Shown piece by piece: positions 11,200-24,878 of a stretch of 64,000 nt of DNA (its first letter is position 1; each line of letters opens with the position of its first letter). A program made the translations under genes and the position numbers. The notes beneath the pieces were generated by a model that made no database searches, was not told where the DNA came from, and saw only the letters and a list, made by a program, of their open reading frames with translations. The stretch comes from Podarcis filfolensis (Eukaryota): assembly GCA_964270895.1 (NCBI GenBank), contig OZ185438.1. The stretch is one strand, 5' to 3'.

Positions 11200-14100
11200 T
11201 TTCACCTGTGCCAAGACAGTACTAGAGTCTGTCATGTGTAGTTGTTGGTAGACCATACCTTCTATAAAACTTGAATACCTAATTTTACAGTCTTGACATT
11301 CTGTAATAATGTATCAGCTTTCCAGTCCACAAATCTGTCCCTTCATTCACCATCTCTAAACCCAATATGGATGGGCATATTTGTGTGAGGTAAAGGCCTG
11401 TCATTAGAAGATGAAAAGCATGCACAATATTAGTTTGACTGCTACTGTTGCATGTTACGTTACCATCAAGTTATGAGGCTATTCAGCATACCTATTCTAT
11501 GTGAAGGAATTATACTGAATATGTTTGGGTGTTCACAGATGGATATTTGTCTTTTTTTTAATTCAGCCCTTGGTGGTCAGTTATGTAGTCAAGGCAAACA
11601 ATAAACAGATGGGTTTTGGTTTAGCTCACAGAGCTATCCTTATTGTGAACAAGCCTTGGACTAAGCAATGTGACAGATATAACACCTTTCACTCCAAGAA
11701 AGCAATAGCCTCTGAGTCAAGATTAACATCACACTTGCAAAACACTGCAAATACAGCAATTGGCTATAACAAGCACCGAACAAACTATGCCCATGAGGTA
11801 TTTGTTTCTGTCCTTAATCAGAAAGCTTCATTACAACTATAAATCATGATTCCAGTTCCTTTTCCAACCTAGATTTCAAGTTTGAACACAGCTCCACCAA
11901 GTCTATGGAAACTTCTCCTTCAAACAGAAGCCAATTTGCAGTGTGGTTTGCAAATTAAAGCTGATCAGTCTAGACAAAGAAGAGCCTTTCCAAAAGCAAA
12001 GCCAAACTCTGCCTACAGGGTTTTTTCTTGAGCCATGGTTTAGTTTTAGTTTTATTAAAGATCAACAGTTGGATACTGATTGTTTAGCAAAAAAAAAATT
12101 ATCCAAGGGATAGCCCTGACCCCAAGTTTTACAGTTGGGATTCCTCTTGGTGTAAATTTGAAGACTGGTGCTGGTACAGTAGTATACAACCCAGTGGATT
12201 CAGTTAGGGTGAGGATGGAGTGATCTCTGCATGAATAGGTGCAGGCATGCAAGGTGTTTTAGTCTATGCTAATCCTCTAGTTGCAGACAACTGACAGAGA
12301 CAACAGTGCAGACTAAGTAGCCTACACAGCCAGATGTAGTCAGTGTTAGGGAAACCCCATCCAGGGATGTTTTACCTTCTCATTTGCTAGAGTGTCTAGT
12401 AAGTAACCAAATAATCATCTGATAATGTCTCAACAGGCCACAACTATGGCGGAGTTGCCCTGGCTATAGAGATAATGAGGCAACATTACCCCCATTTGGT
12501 CAGGTAAGTATAGGTTGTAGTTCAGTTTGCTTTCAATAATTCTTGAGTAGGTCTCCACAGTAGGTGGACAGAGCTATGGCAAGTTGCCTGATAGCTTAAA
12601 CTCTACTCTCAACACAGGCAATAGGTGAGAAGTCATAGAGGATTAGGTAGATTTGACATCCAGATGTGAGGTCTTGACATGTATTGCCAGGCAGGTTGAG
12701 GAAGAAGATGATATAAAGCAGAGTCACCCGTGGTTCCTGGCCCAGGCTGCCCTGAGAATCCATAACCTGCCCGAGGCCACTAAAATTACCATTGAAAATG
12801 TATCACATCTGGATGAACATTAGTGTTGCATATTTAACTGGTGAGCATACTTAAATGGTGAGAGAAAAGAAAGAGAATAAATGAATTCATTCCACAATGT
12901 GTGCCATAGGGGGAAAGTACATAAGAATCTGGAAAACTCATTTTCAACTGTGTGTGTAACTGCAGGTTTAGCTATAAATTCAAAATCCTTTTACACTTTA
13001 GATGAGAGTGCTTTTCTCTTCTAATTTAAGGTGGGATCACCCACGGCTCTCTCTTTAAAAAAAAATGTAACTCTTTAAAGGACCATTGAACCTGAACCAC
13101 AGACAAGTTTCCAATTATTAAACAGCTTCATGGCATATACAAAGGGATATGCTTTGCCCACTGGAATTGGCACATACAAACCAGCTGTGCAACAATATAA
13201 AAAAAATTCATTGGCCCCAAAGGAACAGCAGAGAGAATTTTATTGCTACCAGTGGGAGTCTGTTCTGCTTTTACAAACACTCTGTGTATGTGTATGCATG
13301 AAATCACAATACAGCATGGGCACTTATGTCCTGTGAAAACAATACTGCCCGCTTCACTTACTCCTGATTTTGTAGGAAATGCTAACACCATTCACCTTAG
13401 AGAAGAAAATCTGTTTCCAACTTTTGGACAAGAACACGTATCTGTTCGTTGATAGGACATAATTTTGGTTCTGCTACCATGGCACTGTACAGGCGCTCAA
13501 CATAGTGCAGAGAACACTAAACAGATTTAAGGTCACATTCAATCTTACAACTAATCTGCAGGTATGTACTCAACTCTCAGTGGCGTATGTCCTTTTCTTA
13601 TTATAAAAGTCATCTTGCCAAATGGCAAAACTCATGCCTGATTTCTGGGATGGGGTTGCTTTTTCGACATCCCCACCAGCTTTTTACTCAAGTCAGTACT
13701 CAAGTCCCAAAAACCATGTACAAAAATTCTGCTGTCTCAACAAGCATTAAAGCACACACATCTTCCTCTTCATTCTATCCATTATGTTTCTCATCATTCT
13801 TCAACAAGTGCTGTATTCCCAGATTTATTTCCAGGTAGCTGAAAGCTGTTCTCAAAAGCAGTGACTAAAGACAATTCACTAGATGCGAATGGGGTGAGGG
13901 GAAGACACACCATGTATGCCGCTTTGAAAGAAATGTGGGATAAGTAAAAATCTGAGACAGGTAGATGTAAAGTAACTCTTCTAGGAGCTTATTGTGTCAG
14001 CTGTAAGAAGATGTCTTCCCTCTTGCATCAATTGAAACAGAATGAAGAGGTGGTTGCTACTTGAGTATATAGACATAAATATCCTGATCCAGAACTCCTG

Positions 14101-17100
14101 TACAGATTCAGATATAACCCAAAACAGATTGCATCCAAAATGTGAGGGACAACATATTTCATTCAAGAAGAAATACATGCAAATATATCAATGTCAACTG
14201 GATACTGTTAACCTCAAGAACAGTAGAGTGTTCACTGCCTTCTGCTGCACCTATGGTTCTTGAGATAAGAGCAATGCAGTGTTACCCAGAAATTTAAGAA
14301 TGCTTAGATTCCATTAGGTTTCAGTCAATGGTGCTTAAGTACACAGTTAAGAGCTTGAACCCCAATGACTGCAATGGGAGTCAAGCATGCTTAACTCTAT
14401 CTAGATTGCACCCAAGACCATAAAATACAAATTTAGCAACAACAAAAAGCATACTAGCATTGCATAAAACGTATTGTAATGAATTTCTGAACCTCTTAAC
14501 CATATTGTATAAGAAACAAACTGCTAAGATTCATTTTGTTTAAATTTGCCAAGTTCACCTTCACCTATGAAGAAAAACGTCAAGTATTTCAGTGACAATG
14601 AAAAAGCTGTCAATAACATTTTTATGAAAGATCAGGTTAACCTTAATGAAGCAAACCAATGAACAGCCCTTCGAACATGTTATACCTCTTTGTGTCTTAA
14701 TTTAGAAAAAAATAACAATATATAAATCCTGAAACTTTGATAGGGCTTGTGACTTTCAACTGCTGGAGCCCTTGAACCTGCAATTTCTGAAAATTAAGCT
14801 CATATTAGAGCAATATATAGTTCTGCTATAATTCTTCAATTATGTACTTTTCTATTAAGGTGCTTTTTAAAAAGCATAATGCAAAAATAGGTATAACCAG
14901 CTCTATAAGCTATCACATGTGCAAAGGAGATGGGTTTGCAAAAACACAGCTGCTACTACTACTACTTCTCAAAGTACAATATATATGCAATAAATACCAG
15001 CACACACTGGTAGCCTACATACACCTGTATGCATGAGAATGAAGCGCTATGTTGCTCACACACAATACTGATAGTCTGTGCCTGTCAACTGTCAATAAGA
15101 GCGGCTGTATCATTTAGTAAAAATTAAACAAAATGTAAACTAAAACACAACCCTGTTTCTTTCTCTTATTTGATGAGTTCCAAGCTGTTATTAAACTAGA
15201 AAAACAAGTTCTGGCCTGACTCAAGTTGGTATCAGTATATAAAGCCTATGTTGAAAGCAACTTATGATAGAATACACAAGTTTATCTCTGTCAATCCTTC
15301 TAAATATAACTCTTGTAGATCTAAAAGCTGTATTACAAAACTGGCTAAGTTAATGTACCTGTGAATGAGATGAACAAGTAAAAAGCAATTGTTTATTGCA
15401 GTTGTAGAATTCAGATTGCTTTTCATCAAATATGTTATTTAGCAATGCTTAGTACTCCAGTTGACTAAGAGGTATTTAAGCCCTATTTGGGAATTAATAA
15501 CTCCTGTGTTTGACGACAATGGAGGAAGGAATGGGGGTCCCCTGCCACTCACTTGACACCAACATGTATTTTGTGAACCTCTTGGGGAGGGGCCCCCAAT
15601 TGTTTACTGATCCATTTTCCAAGGAAACCTTTTCAAATACCACTATATGTGTGAAGGTGTTCTCTTCAAACAAAGCACTCATATTTATTAAATGAAATAT
15701 GAATGGGATCTTTCATCTTTGTTTCAGATTGCACATCCCCAGTAATTATTGTTGATTTGGGATTCTATTCCATGCTGATACTTCAGCATATATGTTCTCG
15801 TTAAGGTATATGGCCGAATAAATTCATTTGTTTTAACAAGTTTTTTTTTTAAGAGACTATTTAATCTGTCTGAGGCCATTTTAAAAAGCAAACAAGACGG
15901 TGTGGGAATCATTAAAGGAACACGGTAACAACACATTTTGCTGACAGTGCAAGCCTTTATTACTCCCACTAAACTTCACCTAAATTTTATCCTGATTGAG
16001 GCAGCAGGAAAGGAATCTGTTCATTTGTATTGCATCCCATTCTGTGACAACAGAGCCTGCTAACACCAAAGGAATGAGAAACCTATTAACACTTCCTAGT
16101 GTCTATTGATAGGTTCTCACATGCTTTTCAGAATGTGATATTCACTACATGAAAAGAAATCTACTATGGGACAGCAGGATTATGCTTTCAGGTTTTCAAA
16201 AACTATATCATTTTGCAGTTGTGAAAGAGGAAATAGATTATAAAATGTCAGCCTTCAAATAGTATTGACACCAATGTTTTTTTAATACACGTATTAACCA
16301 AATTATAAACTTTTTGTGGTACCTTGGTTGGCTGGCATTTTATATATATATAAAATACACACACACACACACAATGGCGCATACAAACCTAAAGGTCATC
16401 ATTATTTCACAGCATATAAAAATTTGCCTCCTTTGAGAAGTTAAAAATTAATAGCAGCTAATCACTATCAATTGTAAGAATGGAGCCGCTCTAAGATACT
16501 ATAACTGAGGAAGTAATCACAACTTTGTCCAATAATTATTGCTTGCTGTTTGCAGGATTTTAATAATGTTTGTGTTAAAAACACTTTAAATATGTTGAGT
16601 GAATTGGCCATGGACTCAGAAAATATATTGTTGGACCACCAGCACAGTCACACAACAGTTTGAGTTTAATGTAGCACTGAATTGAATATAATAAGGGTTT
16701 CACATAATAGCACTATTACCCTATCAGAGCGTTTGTAGCAGTACACCATAAATGAAACAGGTCTTTTTAGTGTATTTTTGGATTATATATATATATTTAT
16801 AAGCATTAAGGTATTATTTGCAGAGAGACATTGGGGCTTTTCCTTTTGGAACTTACTTATGAACCAGAGGAAGCTGAATGGCTCTTGTTAAGGACTAGAC
16901 TAATCCAGTAACTCTAGTGTTTTTAAAGTTTAGTGGATTATTAAATGCTCCTAATTTAAAAGAAAAGAAAACCAGAACTTACACACACTAAAGAAAGTAT
17001 GTCTTAATTTTTTTCCAGAGCAATTGTTTATGTGTGAAAACATGATTATGTCATGAAACGTGTTTGGAAAATAAAAGCAACATACAATGAGATAGAAATG

Positions 17101-17550
17101 CTGCATCCTAGTAACAGCATAAACAGAAGCAAATAAGAGACGGAAATGAAATTCTAAATGTTCAAAAACTGTTTCCTTAAAATGGCAAGAAGTCAGAATC
17201 ACTAGTAAAGCTCAAATATAAGCCAAACTGTATTAGACGCTGACCGGGCCAGCAGATAAACAGGCTCAGATTATTTTCACATTTGATGTTCCATGTTGCA
17301 CAAATACATAAAGAAATCTCAGTTGTTATTACTAATAATAATTTTCAAAGAAACTAAAATGGGAGGCCTATTCGTTACAGCATTGCTTGAAGGATCAATG
17401 GCACCTTTAAAAAGAAAATGATAAACTACCTTGAAGCCATTCATAAAGGCAATGATTCAACGAATGAAGAATCACCTGTTGGGAAATTGCAACCACAGAA
17501 ACGTAGAGGATTGGGTTGCATTCCAGGTAAAGACAGATGTGATATGCTCA

Positions 17551-17712
<162 letters not shown>

Positions 17713-18323
17713 TTAACATAGAAACTTAGTTTACTCTGAGTGAATCCTGTATTCACTTATACTTTGTTTAATCAGGAAGGCAGAAGCCTTGGGTCATGGT
17801 TTTCCCCTTCTTCATATCCTTGGGTACACAGAAAATGGCCTTATGTCAAGCAACTCTTTGTTTATTGAGTCTTTCCTGTGCTACCTGATAAAGGGTGGAA
17901 TTCAAAGTAGCACTAAGGAGATCAATATCAGCATATGCTTGCCACATGGACCAATTTCCATTCTCCTCCCCCCACCCCCACCCATGAGCTGTTCTTAAGG
18001 TTCTCCTGACCTTGCAGTGCCAATTTGGGGAGGCATAGCAGGAAAGAGGGAGGGAGCCCTATTGTGCTAGAAGGACTTGCTGCTCTGGCTCCCATTAGTG
18101 CAATGATTTAGTTGAATCGGGGCCTTAATTTAACTAAAGTTTCTACAGATTGAACCTGGGACAGTCTGCATGTAGAGCAAGTGAACTACCACTGAGCTAT
18201 CTCAACCATATGAACTTGTGAACCACAGATGTAGGTTGGATTAGTAATTTCACACCACACTATTTTGTATGACTAGCTGTATTTCACTCCTTCATGGAAT
18301 GTGTTCCTTAGGTAATGCAACAC

Positions 18324-18557
18324 TAGGGTTGCCATATTTCAAAAAGTGAAAATCCAGACAAAAAATCAGTTGAGCTTTTTTTAAAAAAATTGAGTTTTTG
18401 AGCTATTTTTAATGAAAGTCACCAAAATCTATACTACCAACATGGGCTGCCATATGGCCAGATTTTCCCCGACATGTAAGCGATTTCTGCCCGGACGCTG
18501 TTTATAAGGGCTAAATACCAGCTGTGTCCGGGAAATTCTGGACAGATGGCAACCCGA
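18324..18557. mobile_element. hAT MITE (234 bp) with perfect 8-bp TSD
   Basis: TIRs tagggttgccat / atggcaacccga; tgcaacac at 18316-18323 and 18558-18565. Confidence 0.85.
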
Positions 18558-19408
18558 TGCAACACCAAGAACATTTATTTGCCATAGATGGGAATTTAAC
18601 TTAGCTTCTTTTAGAGTTTCCCTGTATAGTAGATGAAAAAAGTTTTTTCTCTATGCTACCTTCAGTCCATCAACTGTAAAATGGAACCTATCCCAGATGC
18701 AACAGATTAACAAAGACATGCCTCTGTATGCAAGCCCAAGCAACACAACATTGAACAATGCATCTATGAATGAATACCAGGGATCAAGATTTTTGCTATA
18801 CTTGTTTTTGGCAAGTAAGGGAAGCTCTCTCCCAACCCTGGAGCCGTGAAACAGAACTGGAGATGACCTCCACCCCTCAAAGCCCAAAAGCTCAGCAGAA
18901 GTCTGGAATTTTTATTGGCTCTGTGCTTGTCAGACATATCAAGCCCCCAGCTCCTGTCTCCAGCTGCAGGTTTCCCTCTGTGTCTGATATTTGACACCTA
19001 ACAGGCACAGAGCAAGCCAATGTTTCCCCACCTTGGAGCTGAAGTCAGGAGTTCCATGGCTTGCTCCTGCACCTGGTGAGTCTTCTGAGTCCCCAGAAAG
19101 CACAAAGTCAAGGCAAACCACGGACTCCTGTCTTGTTCTGAGCTTAAGGGGACCAGGGGTTTCTTTTTAAATTGGCAGAATCAGTCATCTACGCTTAACC
19201 CTGGAAAAGAGGAGCAGCAATTTTTATGGACCTCGCTTCACTTCTTGGTGCAGCAAAAGTCTAGATTAAAGGCTGCACTTTGGAGGAAGTGAGTCTCTGG
19301 GACAACAAATTCATAGCTGGCCACGAAGACCAGCCAAAACTATTTCACTGCCTGATACTCAGGATGAATGGCCTGAAAATAATGCAGATTTATGTAGAAA
19401 GGACTAAC

Positions 19409-19593
19409 CTGAGCTACAGTTTGCCAACTGGTAGCATCATCTTCGCTGGGATGAATCCCATAGTTCCATCTCCTTTGCACCACATAAAGCACAGGCTCAA
19501 TAGAGATATTGAATTTTGAAGACCACTTCACTTCCAGCTGTCCAGATTGAAGTTCACTGAATTTTAATTCTTTTCTGGGTTTCAAAGGGACAC
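19409..19593 (-). CDS. ANOS1: Anosmin-1 exon 5 (185 nt), FnIII-1 N-half: (G)[61 protein letters not shown]
   Basis: Acceptor tatgtttcag, donor CAG|gttagt; lies inside supplied ORF 19340..19630. Confidence 0.97.
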
Positions 19594-20927
19594 CTGAAAC
19601 ATAAGTGATGCATGCAAAAAAGCTCTGCATAAGTAAATTTGTGGCTCAACTATATATTACTACCACTAAATTTATAGCCCAAAGAGGTCTATCCTCATTA
19701 TCATGCACTTTATCTTACTGTTCTTCTCCAGTGACTGAATCAGAACAGAAGCATATTGATGAGTCACACTACTCAACCACAAGCCATCCCAAGAGTTGCA
19801 AACAGTGCCTGTGGTTGCAATGACATCTTCAAGAGCTTTCATTAGTGCCCACAAAGCTTCTGCGCCACTTCACACAGTCATGAGGTGGCCAAGGTGGTTA
19901 CCTGTCCCCGCCTCCCCCCCCCCCAAGAAGTATGTAGAGTTTAAGGAGGAAGCTTTAAGAGAAATGCTCTTTCCCACTTCCTCTTGTAGCACTCTGTGAT
20001 TTCAAGGCTCAGATTAAATCTACTGAATCCGACTTTTACCCAGATGGCTTGGGAAGCAGTGAACTGTGCACACACAGTTTCTCTTCCTGTGTCTTGGGGT
20101 GGTGGGGCTGAGCCAGGGGAGGGAAAAATAGTGACCAAACAGGGGTGGCACCCCCAGAACTTGTTGAAAAATCAAAATGTTCCCATTGGTGACCCCTATT
20201 CCACTACATTTATTTGATTGGTAGTACTGGTGAGTTTACAAAATGAAACCAGCTATTTAATTCCTCCAGGTGATCCTTTCTGCAAAGAAAGTCAAGACTG
20301 AAGCAAGCTCTTTGCATATGCAGCCATTTATAGCAGCAAGCAGCCATTTCTGTGACCACGGTGGCTGCAAAAGGCATCACCATACTAGGAAAGCAGCTGC
20401 TAGCTATTACATACTGTTTCACATTGGGAATTATCTTCAGAATACGGTACCTATAGAAAGGTTTTCAAGGCATTGGAGTGGAATAAAGCCAACATCTATG
20501 TGATAATATAATATACAGGTTAAATGGGGTGGTGGTGGCAGAACTCACATATTAAGAGCCCCACAAGTATTAACAAATTTCTATGTAATATTGTTAAATG
20601 AGACATCACCTTTAGAGAAAACTAAAGGCTCAGCCTTGACCAGAGTATAGAGTTCTAAAATGGACTGCACATTCAGTACAGCAAACATAGAAGCCCAGTC
20701 GGTGAAAACTGTAATTGAAACAAGATTACTGTTTTCACTGACTGCTCTATGTTTGTTCTAAAATTCTCATCAACCTTTGCACACCCTTATCCCACATGTA
20801 ATATGGTTCCCTGCCCACTTTCCACATGATTGGCTGCCACTTGTGAGGAAGGGCACAACACTGTGCTGTAAGTTCACAGGTAAGTGTACTTACATCTTGC
20901 AAAAAAATGAGAATACCTTAACAGTTA

Positions 20928-21153
20928 CAGTGGTACCTCGGGTTACGGACGCTTCAGGTTACAGACTCCACTACCCCAGAAATAGTACCTTGGGTTAAGA
21001 ACTTTGCTTCAGAATGAGAACAGAAATCGTGCTCCTGCGGTGAGGCAGCAAAAGGAGGTCCCATTAGCTAAAGTGGTGCTTCAGATTAATAACAGTTTCA
21101 GGTTAAGAATGGACCTCCAGAATGAATTAAGTTCTTAACCTGAGGTACCACTG
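20928..21153 (+). mobile_element. Tc1/mariner (Tigger/pogo-like) MITE, 226 bp, copy 1
   Basis: TIRs cagtggtacctc / gaggtaccactg, TA on both sides. Confidence 0.9.
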
Positions 21154-21427
21154 TACTGGTTTTAGCAGCTGCTCCACATTTATCATAATAGGCAGTTCTG
21201 CTTCCAGAGAGGTCAAGCTGGAATTTCTCTCTCCCCTCCAATCCCATTTTTTGAAGTGACTGCAGATTTAGAGGACTGTTTGAGATTTACATAAATTCCC
21301 AGCTTGGTTTATGACTTTGGCAAAATCTGAGGTTTGTTGTTTCAACTTCTACACTTCTATGGATAAACAAACCACCTTTCCTAGAGATCGAAAAACAGAC
21401 CCTTTCTCCAAGTGTTCCAATGTATTA

Positions 21428-21440
21428 CACACACACACAC

Positions 21441-21488
<48 letters not shown>
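21428..21488. repeat. Compound (CA)n-(GA)n microsatellite
   Basis: Direct reading. Confidence 0.95.
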
Positions 21489-21490
<2 letters not shown>

Positions 21491-22559
21491 CCTAAAATTG
21501 CCAGGAATAAAGCATATCATCAAAAGCTGATACATTTATTTCTGGATATCACTAGATAGCCACCAGTCTTCGTACACTGTAACTAATATTGCTAAGAATG
21601 ATATTTCAGCTTTATGCATTTGAAAATCCATGCTTAATTATTATGTATAATAACCCTCCAATCTGCATGCTGAGAAACCTTCCATCTGTTTTACATTAGG
21701 GTCCGTTGGATTCACTTGATTGGAACTAACTTAGCCCCCCTGGTGGCTGTAATTGTGTTCAGATGGTTCTCATGAGTGCAAGCAGAACATAGCACAAGTG
21801 CATTTTGGAATATTCCAATACAACCAGAATAATCAATTTCAAGTCCAGATGTACATTTGCAGTCATTTAGAAATGTGCTTTTTATTAGATAAAAAGATTT
21901 GTATCTATCATTGAAGCACAAATTAGTCCTCTGAACTCCAGATTTCTTGGCTTTTGGAAAAATGTGTACCTCTTGGCCTTTTACTGGGTTAATACCAGAC
22001 AGGTTTTATTTCTTCTCTCCCCCCTGCCATTAGTTATTTTATTTTTTTACATGCAGAGCTGCCGTTGTGGAAACGCTGTTGTCCACCATGTAGACTTAGC
22101 ATTAAATGGTGACAGGTTGGGCTGAACTTCCACAGTAGGCAGCATTCAAAAGAACATCAAAGGCTTACTAGCTTAGATTCTAAATTTAGATCCTACAAAC
22201 CTGTGTGGCAGCTTGAGTAGCAGCACATGGAACACAAATCAAGTTCAAGACACCAGTGCTCCTCAATAAATTATAAGAACAAATATAGATTTGATGCATT
22301 AAGAGCAGTTAAGTCAGGTTCTCCAACAACAAATAAATAAATCTCCTTTTAGCCACAGCACATATTATCAAGAATTGTAATGCCTTTGTAAGTTACAATG
22401 AATATCCGAAGTATGGTGAAAGTTAACCTTCACACCCAGTGTGTGTCAACATCCAGATACATCAGAAAAAAATGATAATCAAAATGTGATTGGCAGCATT
22501 CATTACTATTACTCCCCAAAGATGGTCCTGTGAATGGACGGCTCTCAAGCCTGGAAAAA

Positions 22560-23600
22560 TGGTCGAAGGCCTGCTTTGGAAGAGGTTATACTCCCCCTGA
22601 AGGAGCAGGTTCATATTTTGGTGGGGTGCTGCTCAATCTCTGTCACTAGAGGCTCGGGTGACCTCAGCGGCTAGGAATATCTTTACCAGCTATGGCTGGC
22701 AAATTGGATCCTCCTAACAGAGGGTCCATGTTGTGCTTGGCCCTGGAACTCTTCCCCAACCGGCTAGTGGGCGGGGCTTGCCCCGCTCCAGCCGGTGATG
22801 CCACACTTATGCCACTGGCCTTTAGCCAATCGGCAGCGTTGGCAAGTTTGGGGGTTGGGGGTATTTATTTGGCAGCATGACGTGGGGACTCCCTCTTGCT
22901 TTGCACTGCCGAACACCCGCCCGCCCACCCGTTAATTAGGTCATGTTTGACCTTGCTTTGGACTTTGGTTGCTCACCTGTTTTGGAACGGAGGCCGGGTA
23001 GGATTTTTTTCCAATGTGGCAGATTGGCTGTGGCCACTTGGTTTTTGCCTACCTCTTAGCAATTGTCACAACTTTGTAAGGTTTGGCAGTTAGGCATTGG
23101 TTTAGGGGAATGTGGGGAGGGGAGGTGCGGCCATCACCTGCCCCTCCAATTAATAGGGTATTCCATTAAAGGAATCCGGGGGTCTGGATCTTGTCCAAAG
23201 CCCAGAGAAGGGCTAGGACCATGCCAGGACCCCCGGGAACCCCAGGGGTGAGCACCAGTCAATATACATTGATGAAGCTTCCCTTGCTGGTAGTTTACCC
23301 TTTCAGGCTTCCTGCAGGGTGGGGCAGGAGCCAGTTATAGTTTTGATACCAATGCCTAAGCCAATACCAGTCACATTTGTGTATTTAATAAAGTTGTGGC
23401 CAAAATTTGCCCATTAACATTAAAACTAAATTCTGTCTCCACTGTGTCTTTATTACCATGGGGGATAGCTCTTGGAGCTCGGAGCACAAGACAGATAACA
23501 TCTGTTTCTGGACTGGAATACTGGTCCACGACTGTACATACCCTGACGAGCCTCAGCTTGGATTCCTGCAATGAATTTTTTATGGGGCTGCTCAAAATTC
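22560..23600 (+). mobile_element. Decayed L2 ORF2 fragment split by a 784-bp insertion (L2 parts about 22560-22702 and 23487-23600)
   Basis: Left part tccccctgaaggagcaggt...ctgtcactagaggctcgggtgacctcag aligns with the L2 copy at 48170-48270; right part aagacag...tttctggac...ttggattcctgcaatg continues the L2-type FLD...LDYCN region. Confidence 0.65.
22703..23486 (+). mobile_element. Unclassified LTR-like insertion, possibly a tyrosine-recombinase (DIRS/Ngaro) retroelement remnant
   Basis: GC box 22769-22776, CCAAT 22826-22830, TATTTAT 22862-22868, AATAAA 23387-23392; no TG...CA ends; caa on both sides (22700-22702, 23487-23489). Confidence 0.5.
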
Positions 23601-24414
23601 ATCTCCGATCATCAGCATTCCCCCATATATGTCAATACTCACTAAATTAAGGGCATTTGCTGTAGTGTATGAATTGTTTTTCTCAAGCACAGTTTGCCTC
23701 TGCCCCTCTCCCCACCCCAAAAAACTTCCAGCACACTTCCAGCATGTTCCAGTTTCTGGCAGAAGAGCTAACCATGTAATCACCTACAAGCAACAACTCC
23801 GATTAGAATCAGGATTTTAAAAATAAATGTAGGAGTGCATTCAAACATGCAACACCTAGTAAGTGGGTGTTACCAATACTGTCTGTTCTGCCATCCCTTT
23901 CCTGTGAGGATATATCTAAGAGTCACTAAGGTGGGAATGGAGAAGAAGGTCAACCAAGGTTAATCATTTTTCATTATTACAGAGGGTCTAATCCCATGTC
24001 CATTAAATCTAGTGAAATAAGTGAATTATTCATTTGAAATATCTTTCTGCTTTTAAATCCAAATTAATTCATTCAGCTTTAATCAACTGAAATTTTAAAA
24101 AGTATTTTCCTTGGGGGGGGTTCTATTTTTTTATCTTAACCTAACTAAAGTAAGAGTGATGTATCATTCCCATTCCTGTATTATATTTTTTTATAACAAT
24201 ACAAATTTCTTCTACAGTACAATTTTTCAGAGCATAACATTGTTCTTAAGAAAGTTTGTCTGCTACAACTTCCTGTAAGAAATCATGGGAACTATAATCT
24301 TCTGATGCAATAAACTTAAAAGCAAGAAGTGCAGTCATGTAAAATCTGACTTCGAAGGCATTTATGAGGAAGAAAACACAACTGTTTTCACCTAAAATGT
24401 TAGAAGGTATAAAG

Positions 24415-24878
24415 CAGTGGTTTTCAACCAGTGTGCCATGGCACCCTGGGGTGCCTTGAATGATGGTCAGGGGTGCTGCGGGCAAAACTAGCTTGTGTCC
24501 CTCTTTCTTTCCCTCCCTTCTGTGATGCCCTTTTGCATCTCTGCCTCCCAAAGGCTTGCACAGCTGTTTATTGCAGCAGCCCTGACTATAAGCTCCACAG
24601 GCAAATGGTACCTTTGGGACGCACCTCTTTTTGGGGTGAGGGAAGCTCAGAGACCAGGGGCAGCAGCAGCAGCTGCCCGGAGGACTCACAAGGAAAGGGG
24701 AGCACAGAGGAGTCTGAGGGAACACTCCACAAGGGCAGGTGTTCGAAAAAAGGGTGAGAGGCTGCCAGCTCTGCAGGGAAGGGGTGACATAACTGGGCTC
24801 CTGATCCCCACAGGGGTGCCACAGAAAGAATGTAGTTGGCCAAGGAAGTCGTGGACTCAGAAAGGTTGAAAACCTCTG
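24415..24878. mobile_element. hAT MITE (464 bp) with perfect 8-bp TSD
   Basis: TIRs cagtggttttcaacc / ggttgaaaacctctg; gtataaag at 24407-24414 and 24879-24886. Source of four overlapping spurious ORFs. Confidence 0.88.

Noticed and set aside
24246-24869. Cluster of four overlapping ORFs up to 159 aa
   Set aside because: They overlap a GC-richer hAT MITE; no transposase motifs.
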